Shown one piece after another: positions 28,674-37,691 of a stretch of 64,000 bases of DNA (positions are counted from its first letter, which is position 1; each line of letters begins with the position of its first letter). Under the pieces are notes generated by a model that had not been told where the DNA came from, did not search any database, and was given only the letters and a program-made list of their open reading frames with translations. A program made the translations under genes and the position numbers. Source of the stretch: Woeseiaceae bacterium (GTDB lineage: Bacteria; Pseudomonadota; Gammaproteobacteria; Steroidobacterales; Woeseiaceae); NCBI GenBank assembly GCA_030066625.1, contig JASJBG010000005.1, positions 10,731-74,730 of the forward strand. Direction: 5' to 3'.

Positions 28674-30935
28674 ATGAACAATAAAGCTCAGTCGACGTCC
28701 GTACGCAGCGCTCGAAGGTTCCGTTTGCGCGTTGGCGATTCAATGGCTGTGTTGCTGCTCGCGGCTGCGGTCCAGCTTACTCCGCACGCGAACGCAAGCG
28801 AACCGGCGCCGATTACGCTAGACCAGGCGTTCGCGATACCGGGCATCACCGGTATCGTCCCCACGAACCCCGTCTGGTCGCCCGACAGCCGGCGGTTCGC
28901 ATTTGCCTGGAACCACAGCGGTACATCAGAACGCGCGCTGTGGATTGCCGCTAAGGACGGCAAGGACCTGCGGCGTGTCGACACGGATGCCGATGCCGGA
29001 TCGGTACGGGGCATCGCCTGGCTACCGGACGGAAACACGATTCTGACCCTGCGCGGCGAGGCGCTGTGGGCGACTGATGTCCGGCGCGGCCGCACATCGC
29101 AGCTTGCGGAGATCGGCCCCGGCGCCTCGAATCTCACCGTGTCGCCCGATGGCTCAAAAGCGGCCTGGCTAAAGGGCGGCGACCTGTGGTTGGTCAACGT
29201 CGGCGGCGGCACGCCCGTCGCGGCCACAGACATCGGCATCGCGAGCCTCTCCTCGCTGCCGCTAGGCCGATACAGCCGGCCCGAGCGCGAGATCGGCCCC
29301 GGTATCTGGGGCGGGCCGACCTACGAATGGTCGCCCAACGGCAAGACGATCGCCGTGCATTACGTGGACCGGCGCGGAATGCGCAAGGTGCCGTTCCCGG
29401 ACTACCTCGCCGACGAAACCAACCCGAATGAAGTCCGGCGCGGCTACCCGGGCGATCCCAACGAACTGCGAACAGTCGGGCTCGTGGACGTCGAGCGCCG
29501 GGAACTCGAGCTTCTTGATCTCGACGACCCGACCGCGAACCAGGTTGTCGGCTTTAGCTGGTCACCGGACGGCATCCTGCTGCTTGATCTCGCGACAGAT
29601 ACCGCCGTTGACCGTTGGCTCACGACGCTCGACCCTGCAAATTCCGCGGAGCGTGAAATCTGGCGCAGCAGTCGGGATAGCCGGATCTACACGGCGTTCG
29701 CTTCCAGCTGGCAGCCCGACGGCGAGCACGTCGTGTTCCTGAGTGACCGCGAGGACCGCTACGGACTGTATTCCATCAACGCCGCCTCGGGATCGCTGCG
29801 GCGGCTGACGGATGCGGCCTGGGACGTGCTCAGTGCGCCGAAGGTCAACGCCGCGCGCGGCATGGTCTTCTTCGAGGCCAACGGCGTGAATCCCTATGAG
29901 CAGCATGTTTATCGTGTGTCCCTCGACGGCGGAGAAGCGGTAAGGATCACCAACCGGCCCGGCCGGCACACCGGGTTCCCGTCGCCGGACGGCCGCTCCG
30001 TCGCGGTGATCCACAGCGATGATGCGAATCCGCCGGAGATCTACGTCGTCAGCGCCGACGGCGGCGAGATGCAGCGCGTGACGACGTCGCCGTTGCCTGC
30101 GTTCCGCGAGCACGAATGGGCGCAGGCGCGCTATGTCAGCTTCCCGAGCGAGATCGATGACTATGTGCTGCACGCGCGGATTCTCGAGCCCCCCGACCTG
30201 GACCCCTCGCGGCTCTACCCGGTCCTGTTCGGCCCGGCCTATTCGAATACGGCGAGGAATCGCTGGCGTGGCACCTACAGCATGGCCCAGCAGCTGCTCG
30301 TCAAGCGCGGCTATATCGTCGTGCAGGTGGACGTGCGCGGCAGCACCGGTTACGGACGAGCGTTCCGGGAAGAATTCCTGCTCGACTTCGCGGGCGAGGA
30401 CATCGAGGACCTCGCGAGCGCCGTCAAGTACATGAAGACGCTGCCGTACGTGGACCCGGATCGTTTCGGCATCTGGGGCTCGAGCTACGGCGGCACGCTG
30501 TCCGTGTACACGCTGCTGAAGAAACCGGGCCTGTTCCAGGCTGCGGTTGCAGCCGCCTCGGCCGTCGATCCGTACTTCTTCGGCACTGACGACGTTGCAA
30601 TCGTGCGGCGCCCCGACACTGACCCCGAGATCTATGAGAACGCCGCCCGCTACTACGCGGACAATCTCGAGGATCACCTGCTGTTCATCCATGGCATGCA
30701 GGACCACGTCGTGCCGTTCAAAACCGTCGCCGTGCTGGCCGACGAGCTCATTCGCAAGGGCAAGAATTTCGACTTCGCACTGGCGCCCGGGGCGACCCAC
30801 GCGTGGAGGAGTGAGCCGTACTACGCCCGCTTCCTGTACGGGAAGCTCTTCGAGTACTTCGATCGCCACCTCGGGGAATCGCAACCGGAAAGCGATCGCA
30901 AGGCCGACTCAAAGGAGACGCACAACCGTGACTGA
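28674..30935 (+). CDS. Secreted S9 family prolyl oligopeptidase / dipeptidyl peptidase (beta-propeller plus alpha/beta hydrolase)
   Basis: Nucleophile elbow IWGSSYGGTLS, downstream MQDHVVP (Asp) and GATHAW (His). Repeated WSPDG propeller motifs. An alternative start at 28743 (MAVLLLAAAV) is possible. Confidence 0.85.
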   Translation: MNNKAQSTSVRSARRFRLRVGDSMAVLLLAAAVQLTPHANASEPAPITLDQAFAIPGITGIVPTNPVWSPDSRRFAFAWNHSGTSERALWIAAKDGKDLRRVDTDADAGSVRGIAWLPDGNTILTLRGEALWATDVRRGRTSQLAEIGPGASNLTVSPDGSKAAWLKGGDLWLVNVGGGTPVAATDIGIASLSSLPLGRYSRPEREIGPGIWGGPTYEWSPNGKTIAVHYVDRRGMRKVPFPDYLADETNPNEVRRGYPGDPNELRTVGLVDVERRELELLDLDDPTANQVVGFSWSPDGILLLDLATDTAVDRWLTTLDPANSAEREIWRSSRDSRIYTAFASSWQPDGEHVVFLSDREDRYGLYSINAASGSLRRLTDAAWDVLSAPKVNAARGMVFFEANGVNPYEQHVYRVSLDGGEAVRITNRPGRHTGFPSPDGRSVAVIHSDDANPPEIYVVSADGGEMQRVTTSPLPAFREHEWAQARYVSFPSEIDDYVLHARILEPPDLDPSRLYPVLFGPAYSNTARNRWRGTYSMAQQLLVKRGYIVVQVDVRGSTGYGRAFREEFLLDFAGEDIEDLASAVKYMKTLPYVDPDRFGIWGSSYGGTLSVYTLLKKPGLFQAAVAAASAVDPYFFGTDDVAIVRRPDTDPEIYENAARYYADNLEDHLLFIHGMQDHVVPFKTVAVLADELIRKGKNFDFALAPGATHAWRSEPYYARFLYGKLFEYFDRHLGESQPESDRKADSKETHNRD

Positions 30936-32634
30936 TTTGAAAACTATCTACGCCATCGTGGCTCTCTCGGCGCTGGCCGCCGGCTGCTCGGACGGGACAA
31001 CGCCGGAATCGGCCGACGCAACCGGCGAAGATGCGGGACTGGCTCCGGACATTGTCGAGGCCCTCCAATCTGCCGCCCGCGGCGAGCCGTTTCACGACGA
31101 CGTTCACCCTGATACCGCGCGGACGGGCAGGGCGATGTCGCCCATCCAGGCCGCATTCGACGTGCGCCACTACGGCCTGTCACTCAAGGTGATGCCGGAC
31201 ACCCGAACGATCGACGGGACGCTCGACGTCACGTTCACGGCCAACGACACGCTCGAAGCCATCGAACTCGACCTGGACCCGAGGCTCGACGTCAAGGACG
31301 CTCGGCTCGGCGACCAGTCGCTCGCGGTCACGCGCAACGAGGACAGGTTCACGGTCGCACTGCCCGAGGCCATGGCGGCCGGCAGCAGGGCGACCGTGTC
31401 GATCGATTACGGCGGCAAGCCTCACGTCGCCAAGGCGCCACCGTGGCACGGCGGCTTTGTCTGGTCCGAGATCGACGACACGCCGTGGTTCGCAACCGCG
31501 GTGCAAACCGAGGGTTGCGACCTGTGGTGGCCGTGCAAGGATACCTTTGCCGACAAGCCCGACGAGGGCGTGCGCGTATCGATCTCGGCGCCGAAGGGCG
31601 TGACCGTCGCATCGGTCGGTGTGCTCGAGAGCGTCGAGGATCGTGGCGACGGGTATGAGACCTGGAACTGGGTGTCGCATCACCCGTACGCGGGCTACGC
31701 GATCGCGATTAACGGCGGCCCTTACCAGCTCATCGAGCGGGAGTACACCGGCGTCAACGGCACGACCTACCCGATCCGTTTCTGGGCGCTGCCGAAGAAC
31801 GTCGACAAGGCCGCGGCGCTGATCGAGTCCGACGCCATTCCGCACCTTAAGTTCTTCGAACGCATGATCGGCCCGTATCCTTGGGGCGACGAGAAAGTGG
31901 GCTTCGTGGAGACGCCGCACCTCGGCATGGAACACCAGACGATCAACGGCTATGGCGAGCAGTACAAGCGCGGCACCTACGGGTTCGACGGGCTCCTGCA
32001 TCACGAGCTCGCACACGAATGGTTCGGCAACGTAATGACGCACGCGCGGCCGCAGGACTCCTGGCTGCACGAAGGCTACGGCGCCTACATGCAGCACGTT
32101 TACGCCGAGGAGACCGTCGGCCGCATGGGCTATCTCGACGGCATGTTCCGCGCTTACGTGGATACCGAGCACTGTGACCCGGCCGCGAACCCGGCCGTCG
32201 TCGACGTGGGCGAAGCCTTCGACAACCGCGACATCTACACGAAGGGCGCGTGGATGTTGCACACGCTCCGTAACTACATCGGCGAGGACGCATTCTGGGC
32301 AGGCACGCGACGGCTGATATTTGACACGGCAGAGCCGTGGTCGCTGCATTACCCGGTCCAGTCGCGTTACCGCACGACCGAGGAGTTCACTCGCATCATG
32401 TCGGAAGAGGCTGGCGAGGACGTGGCCTGGCTGGTGGACACATACATGTACGAAGCCGGAATGCCCGAACTCGAAGAAGCGCGCGAGGACGGCCGGCTGA
32501 CTCTGAGCTGGACGGTTCCGGGCGGACGTTCGTTCCCGATGCCGGTCGAGGTCGCCGTGAACGGCGAGATCAGCGTCGTCGAGATCTCGAACGACTCGGG
32601 CTCGATCGAGGTCCCGACACGGCGCGCGTCCTGA
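30928..32634 (+). CDS. M1 family zinc aminopeptidase lipoprotein (C-terminus probably frameshifted; see findings)
   Basis: HELAHEWFGN-X...-WLHEG, i.e. HEXXH-X18-E. Lipobox LAAGC after the GTG at 30928. The track ORF start at 30547 overlaps the S9 gene and was rejected. Confidence 0.85.
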   Translation: MTDLKTIYAIVALSALAAGCSDGTTPESADATGEDAGLAPDIVEALQSAARGEPFHDDVHPDTARTGRAMSPIQAAFDVRHYGLSLKVMPDTRTIDGTLDVTFTANDTLEAIELDLDPRLDVKDARLGDQSLAVTRNEDRFTVALPEAMAAGSRATVSIDYGGKPHVAKAPPWHGGFVWSEIDDTPWFATAVQTEGCDLWWPCKDTFADKPDEGVRVSISAPKGVTVASVGVLESVEDRGDGYETWNWVSHHPYAGYAIAINGGPYQLIEREYTGVNGTTYPIRFWALPKNVDKAAALIESDAIPHLKFFERMIGPYPWGDEKVGFVETPHLGMEHQTINGYGEQYKRGTYGFDGLLHHELAHEWFGNVMTHARPQDSWLHEGYGAYMQHVYAEETVGRMGYLDGMFRAYVDTEHCDPAANPAVVDVGEAFDNRDIYTKGAWMLHTLRNYIGEDAFWAGTRRLIFDTAEPWSLHYPVQSRYRTTEEFTRIMSEEAGEDVAWLVDTYMYEAGMPELEEAREDGRLTLSWTVPGGRSFPMPVEVAVNGEISVVEISNDSGSIEVPTRRAS

Positions 32635-32781
32635 TCGACCCGGACAGCAAGATCCTGCGCGCTCTGCCGATCATCGGCGACTGCGATGAGCAGACCGAGG
32701 CGCAGGTCGACTACAACATAGAGCGCTACACGCGTATGGCAGGTGAGTATGGGTGGCAACGCGATTGATTGCAGGTAAGCG

Positions 32782-34914
32782 GTGAATTTACGCGTCGCTT
32801 CCGCCGCTTGCCTCGTCGCCCTGCTGGCGAACGGCACCGTCGAGGCTGAGCCGCCCGATGGCAAGCCTGTTCGAAAAGGCCCGGCGCCGCCGACGATTTT
32901 GGTCGACGCCGGCATGCTCGAACGCGGCAAGGCAATCTACAAGACGCAGTGCATCGCCTGCCACGGACAGAATGGCGAAGGACTGGTCGTCGCGGGCCAG
33001 GGCCCCGAGATGACGCCGCCCGACCTGGGCGACGCGGCCTACATGCAATCGCGCTCCGACATGAACATTGCGCGAATCGTCCAGTACGGCGGCTTTCGAA
33101 TGCCGGCGTTTCCGGCGTTACGCGGTGACGACCTCGTGGACGTTGTCGCCTACGTCCGTTCCTTGAGCTGGAAAGACATTCACCAGGTCGACCTGCAAAC
33201 GCTGGCGCAGGGAGTGGTCGAGGATTACGCGCCCGTCACGGCCGAGATGCTCGAGAACCCGCCGGACGGTGACTGGCTGATGTTCCGCCGCACCTACGAC
33301 GGCTGGGCATACAGTCCACTCGAGCAGGTGAATCGCGACAATGTCGGCGAGCTGAGACTCGCCTGGTCACGGGCGATGGAGCCCGGCGGTCAGTACACGA
33401 CCCCGCTCGTGCACGACGGCGTGCTGTACATCCAGCATCCCGGCGACGTCATCCAGGCGCTCGACGCAACCAACGGCGACCTGATCTGGGAGTATCGCCG
33501 CGACACCGAGCGCGAAGGACGTTCGCGCAGTCGCCGCAACATGGCGATCTACGGCGATCGCCTCTATCACCTGACCGACGACCATCACCTGATCGCGGTC
33601 GACGCCCGCAGCGGCAGGCTCATCTGGGAAGTCGAGGAGGAGGGTGCCGGCGAAGGCATCGGCCACCACGGCGGGCCGCTCGTTGCGGCGGGTGTCGTCG
33701 TGAGCGGCCGCTCCTGTTCGCCGAGCGGCGGACCGGAGATCTGCTACATCTCCGGCCACGACGCCGACACCGGGCAGGAGCTATGGCGGACGCGGACGAT
33801 TCCCGGACCCGGCGATCCGGGCGACGAGACCTGGGGCGACGTGCCCGACGAGCGTCGCTGGCACGTCGGCACTTGGGGCAGCGTGCCGAGCTACGACCCG
33901 GAGCTGGGTCTACTGTACTGGGGCACGTCCGTGCCGGCGCCGTCGCTCGAAGTGCTGCGCGGCACGGGCGGCCGCGATGTCCTGTATTCGAACAGCACGC
34001 TGGCGACCGACCCGGCCACCGGCAAGATCGCCTGGTACTACCAGCACCTGCCGCGCGACAACTGGGACATGGACCACGTCTACGAACGCCTGCTGATCGA
34101 CGTCGAGGTCGCACCGGACGCGTCCGAGGTTCGCTGGATCAATCCATCGGTAACGCCCGGCGAGCGCCGCAAGGTCGTCTCGGGCATACCCGGCAAGACC
34201 GGCATCGTCTACACGCTCGACCGCGAAACCGGCGAATTCCTGTGGGCCCGCGAGACACTGCACCAGAACATGATCGAGGACATCGGGCCGGACGGCACGG
34301 TGAAGATCGACGAGGACATGGTCGTCGGTCCGTTCGAGGAACTGCTCGTCTGCCCGTCACTGGGCGGCGGCAGGAACTGGCCGTCCGGTACCTACAGCCC
34401 TCGCACCGGCTACATGTACCAGCCACAGCAGAACATGTGCGTTCTGCAGACCGGCAACACCGATGCGCCCGTCGCCGAGGACGGCTACGCGACGAGCTGG
34501 GTCGTCGTCGAGGATCCGGCCGTCGAAGGAGAGCCGTACCCGGTCGGTCGCCTTGACGCTATCGATCTCTCGACGGGCCGCCAGCCGTGGCGCCACGAAC
34601 AGCGCGCCGCGATGCTGGGTTCTGCCGTATCGACCGCGGGCGGCCTCGTGTTCGCCGGCGATATCGACCGCCGCTTCATGGCCTTCGACGACGAGACCGG
34701 CGAGGTACTGTGGCGGTCGATCGTGAGCGGGCCCGTGTCCGGCAGCGCGATCTCCTACGCCGTCGACGGGCGCCAGTACGTTGCCGTACCCGTCGGCGGC
34801 GGTACCGCGTCGCCTGAGCGCCGGGCGCTGTCCATCCACACCGAACTGAAACCGCCGCGCGACTCGCTCGCGCTATTCGTCTTTGCCTTGCCTGACGAAG
34901 GAGTATCCCGATGA
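32782..34914 (+). CDS. Quinohemoprotein: N-terminal cytochrome c domain plus 8-bladed PQQ beta-propeller dehydrogenase (PVA-dehydrogenase-like order)
   Basis: CIACHGQNGEG heme motif with a distal Met region. Seven readable A-x-D-x-x-T/S-G-x-x-x-W blades (ALDATNGDLIWEY, AVDARSGRLIWEV, GHDADTGQELWRT, ATDPATGKIAWYY, TLDRETGEFLWAR, AIDLSTGRQPWRH, AFDDETGEVLWRS). Confidence 0.85.
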   Translation: MNLRVASAACLVALLANGTVEAEPPDGKPVRKGPAPPTILVDAGMLERGKAIYKTQCIACHGQNGEGLVVAGQGPEMTPPDLGDAAYMQSRSDMNIARIVQYGGFRMPAFPALRGDDLVDVVAYVRSLSWKDIHQVDLQTLAQGVVEDYAPVTAEMLENPPDGDWLMFRRTYDGWAYSPLEQVNRDNVGELRLAWSRAMEPGGQYTTPLVHDGVLYIQHPGDVIQALDATNGDLIWEYRRDTEREGRSRSRRNMAIYGDRLYHLTDDHHLIAVDARSGRLIWEVEEEGAGEGIGHHGGPLVAAGVVVSGRSCSPSGGPEICYISGHDADTGQELWRTRTIPGPGDPGDETWGDVPDERRWHVGTWGSVPSYDPELGLLYWGTSVPAPSLEVLRGTGGRDVLYSNSTLATDPATGKIAWYYQHLPRDNWDMDHVYERLLIDVEVAPDASEVRWINPSVTPGERRKVVSGIPGKTGIVYTLDRETGEFLWARETLHQNMIEDIGPDGTVKIDEDMVVGPFEELLVCPSLGGGRNWPSGTYSPRTGYMYQPQQNMCVLQTGNTDAPVAEDGYATSWVVVEDPAVEGEPYPVGRLDAIDLSTGRQPWRHEQRAAMLGSAVSTAGGLVFAGDIDRRFMAFDDETGEVLWRSIVSGPVSGSAISYAVDGRQYVAVPVGGGTASPERRALSIHTELKPPRDSLALFVFALPDEGVSR

Positions 34915-36263
34915 GAATGCCGTCTTTCCGCCTGCTTGCCGCGCTGGCCCTGCTGATTTCACTTGCGAGCCAGGCGCAGGAGACCGTCGATCCGCGCACG
35001 CCGCACATTCTCTCCGAGCGTGAGCGCTCGCAGATCGTCGACGAATGGCTGCTCGAGCGACTCAACACGGTCGTCTTGCCGCTCATGCGCCGCGAAGGCG
35101 TGGACATGTGGATCCTGGTCGCGGGCGAGTACGATGAAGACCCGATCGTGAAGACGATGTTGCCGTCGACGTGGCTCAACGCGAGGCGGACGACGATCCT
35201 GATCTTCCACGACGACGGCGGCGATGTTGCCGAACGCATGGCGGTTGCCCGTTACCCGGTCGCTGACCTGTTCCCCGCGGCGTGGGACGCCGACGCGCAG
35301 CCTGACCAGTGGGCACGGGTCGCCGACATCATCCGGGAGAAGGACCCGCAGACCATTGCCGTCAACACGAACGCCGACATGCCGCTGGCGGATGGGCTGA
35401 GCGCGGGCATGCGAATCAAGCTCGACGCCGCGCTCGGGCCGCTCGTCGACCGCGTCGTCGAAAAGCCCGGCCTCGCGATCGGCTGGCTGGAGACGCGCAC
35501 GGACTCGGAGATGGCCGCCTACCCGCACATCGTGCGCATCGCGCATTCGATCATCGCCGAGATGTACTCGGAGGCGACGATCACGCCGGGCGTCACGACG
35601 ACCGGCGACCTGCGCTGGTTCCTGCGCCAGCGCGTTACCGATCTCGGGCTGAACACCTGGTTTCACCCGAGCGTGCACGTGCAGCGTCATGACCAGGCCG
35701 CGTTCGATATCGCCAGCATGGGCATCGACAAGGGCGAGGTCATCCTGCCCGGTGATTTCCTGCACGTGGATTTCGGGATTACCTATCTCCGACTAAACAC
35801 CGATACGCAGCATCACGCCTACATCCTGAAGCCGGGCGAGACCGACGCGCCTCAGGGACTCAAGGACGGGCTCGCCGCCGCGAACCAGGTGCAGGACGCG
35901 CTGACCGACGAGTTCAAGACTGGCCGCAGCGGCAACGAGATCCTCGCGGCCGCCCGCCGCACGGTGGAGAAACTCGGCATCAACGGCACGATCTATACGC
36001 ACCCGATCGGCTTCCACGGCCACGGGGCCGGGCCGGGCATCGGCTCCTGGGAAACCCAGGAACCGAGAAAGGGCCTGAGCGGTTCCTACCTGATGTACCC
36101 GAACACGGCGTACTCGATCGAGCTCAACGCGCAGGTCGAGGTGCCCGAATGGGACGACCAGGTCGTGCGTTTTATGACGGAAGAGGACGCGTTCTTCGAC
36201 GGCGAATCCGTGCAATATCTCGACGGCCGGCAGACCGAGATCACGCTGATCCCGCGGCCGTAG
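34911..36263 (+). CDS. Secreted M24 family metallopeptidase (Xaa-Pro aminopeptidase / creatinase fold)
   Basis: Signal peptide. GDFLHVDFGITY, HPIGFHGHG, SIELN and TEED match the M24 metal-ligand order. ATGA overlap with the upstream gene. Confidence 0.8.
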   Translation: MRMPSFRLLAALALLISLASQAQETVDPRTPHILSERERSQIVDEWLLERLNTVVLPLMRREGVDMWILVAGEYDEDPIVKTMLPSTWLNARRTTILIFHDDGGDVAERMAVARYPVADLFPAAWDADAQPDQWARVADIIREKDPQTIAVNTNADMPLADGLSAGMRIKLDAALGPLVDRVVEKPGLAIGWLETRTDSEMAAYPHIVRIAHSIIAEMYSEATITPGVTTTGDLRWFLRQRVTDLGLNTWFHPSVHVQRHDQAAFDIASMGIDKGEVILPGDFLHVDFGITYLRLNTDTQHHAYILKPGETDAPQGLKDGLAAANQVQDALTDEFKTGRSGNEILAAARRTVEKLGINGTIYTHPIGFHGHGAGPGIGSWETQEPRKGLSGSYLMYPNTAYSIELNAQVEVPEWDDQVVRFMTEEDAFFDGESVQYLDGRQTEITLIPRP

Positions 36264-36278
36264 CCGCGTTGGTAAAAA

Positions 36279-36494
36279 TTAGGTCCGTCGTTCTGCGGAT
36301 GGAGGAACGAGTGGCGCACCGTCAGCTTCGTGAATGTTCACCCACTCGTCAACGAGCTTGCACAGACGGTCGAAAACGCGTCTTTCGCTTTTGCCATGCA
36401 CGCCGCCGAGCGCCAGGCCTGGAACGCGACCGATGAAGCACTGGTCTTCGTCGGACCATTCAACAATCTTCATATACAGCCTGACTTTGTTCAT
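36279..36494 (-). CDS. HicB-like antitoxin-fold small protein (orphan, no hicA seen)
   Basis: ...KIVEWSDEDQCFIGRVPGLALGGVHGKSERRVFDRLCKLVDEWVNIHEADGAPLVPP matches the HicB_lk_antitox pattern. Start 36494 or 36473; the track start 36551 overlaps the upstream gene. Confidence 0.55.
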   Translation of the reverse strand: MNKVRLYMKIVEWSDEDQCFIGRVPGLALGGVHGKSERRVFDRLCKLVDEWVNIHEADGAPLVPPSAERRT

Positions 36495-36501
36495 TCGATA
36501 C

Positions 36502-37626
36502 CTACCAGGGGTGGGTGAGCTGCACGTAGTACGCGTCTTCCTCGGGTCCACGCGCGTAGTCGAGGCCTAGCCAGACGTTCTCGCCGCGTAGTGCGAGGAA
36601 GCGGACGCCGACGCCCCAGGCATTGATGTCCTCTTCGGTCGCAACGGTCGGGTCGATATCGTCAACGAAGCCGGCGCCCGCGAATGCGATACCGGCCCAG
36701 CGTTCGGCGAACCTGTAGCGGCCCTCGATTTCCGCGACGCCGGCCACGTCGCCCTGGAATCTGAGCGCCGGTACACCGCGCAGCGGCACGAAAGGCTGCG
36801 CGTAGAACGGCACGTCGCCGCCCGCCGAACCAACCTCGAGTCTGAAGCCCACGACGAACTTCTCGGCAAAGCGGTGAAACGAGTTGGCCTTGAGGCGTGC
36901 CGTCGTATAGCCGAAGTCGCCGCCGATCGCCTCGTCGTAACGCCACACGGTCAGGTCAACGAGCTGGCCGCTCTCCGGCATCATCGTATCGTCGCGCGTA
37001 TCGTAGATACCCATCGCGGCGACGCCCACGTCGGTGAACGAAAAGTCCGGCAGGATGCCGCGAGCCGGGTTACCTGGACTGATGTCGAAGGTCGCGTCGG
37101 CATCCGCGATCGACAAAGACGTGCCGATGAACCACGGCGATTCGCCGATCCGGTTCTTCGCGTTGAGGTACAGGACCGAACCGTCGAGCGTGAACCGGAA
37201 TGGATTGTCGGCAAGGTAGATCTTGGCGTTGATGCGCGCTCGCGCAAGCGCACCGATCATGCGCCAGGAGTCGTCATTGAACGTGCGGGAGTGGCCGATG
37301 CCCGCGGCCCAGGTGTCGTTGGTCGTGTAGACACCGAGAAGCCCCGTCGCCGTGGGCGGCGGCGTCTGCTTCTGATTGGTCTTCGCGAGCTTGCTGGCCG
37401 ACGTCACCCGCGGCCGGTCGCGATCCCCGTCCCGGTGGAAGTATACGAGGCCGCCGCCGAGGCCCTCACCGATGGCGGGCTCGGTGACGACCAGCGGTAT
37501 CGCGAGGAAGTTGCCGAAGCGGGATTCCTCTTCGGCCGCATCGTCCGCCTGGGCGTCGTCCGATTCCTCGGCACCGGCAAAAAGCGGCCACGCAGCGAGG
37601 AGCGCAATGATGATAAGTCGTTTCAC
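36502..37626 (-). CDS. Omp85/surface-antigen-type outer-membrane beta-barrel without POTRA domains
   Basis: GTG start giving VKRLIIIALLAAWPLFAGAEE (signal peptide). Alternating amphipathic strands. C-terminal ...YYVQLTHPW. Confidence 0.7.
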   Translation of the reverse strand: MKRLIIIALLAAWPLFAGAEESDDAQADDAAEEESRFGNFLAIPLVVTEPAIGEGLGGGLVYFHRDGDRDRPRVTSASKLAKTNQKQTPPPTATGLLGVYTTNDTWAAGIGHSRTFNDDSWRMIGALARARINAKIYLADNPFRFTLDGSVLYLNAKNRIGESPWFIGTSLSIADADATFDISPGNPARGILPDFSFTDVGVAAMGIYDTRDDTMMPESGQLVDLTVWRYDEAIGGDFGYTTARLKANSFHRFAEKFVVGFRLEVGSAGGDVPFYAQPFVPLRGVPALRFQGDVAGVAEIEGRYRFAERWAGIAFAGAGFVDDIDPTVATEEDINAWGVGVRFLALRGENVWLGLDYARGPEEDAYYVQLTHPW

Positions 37627-37691
37627 GTCGCGAGGATAAACCGAAATGCAGCGCTTGGCGCGCGCAAAAAGCCTTCGACGGCGGCCTGTCC

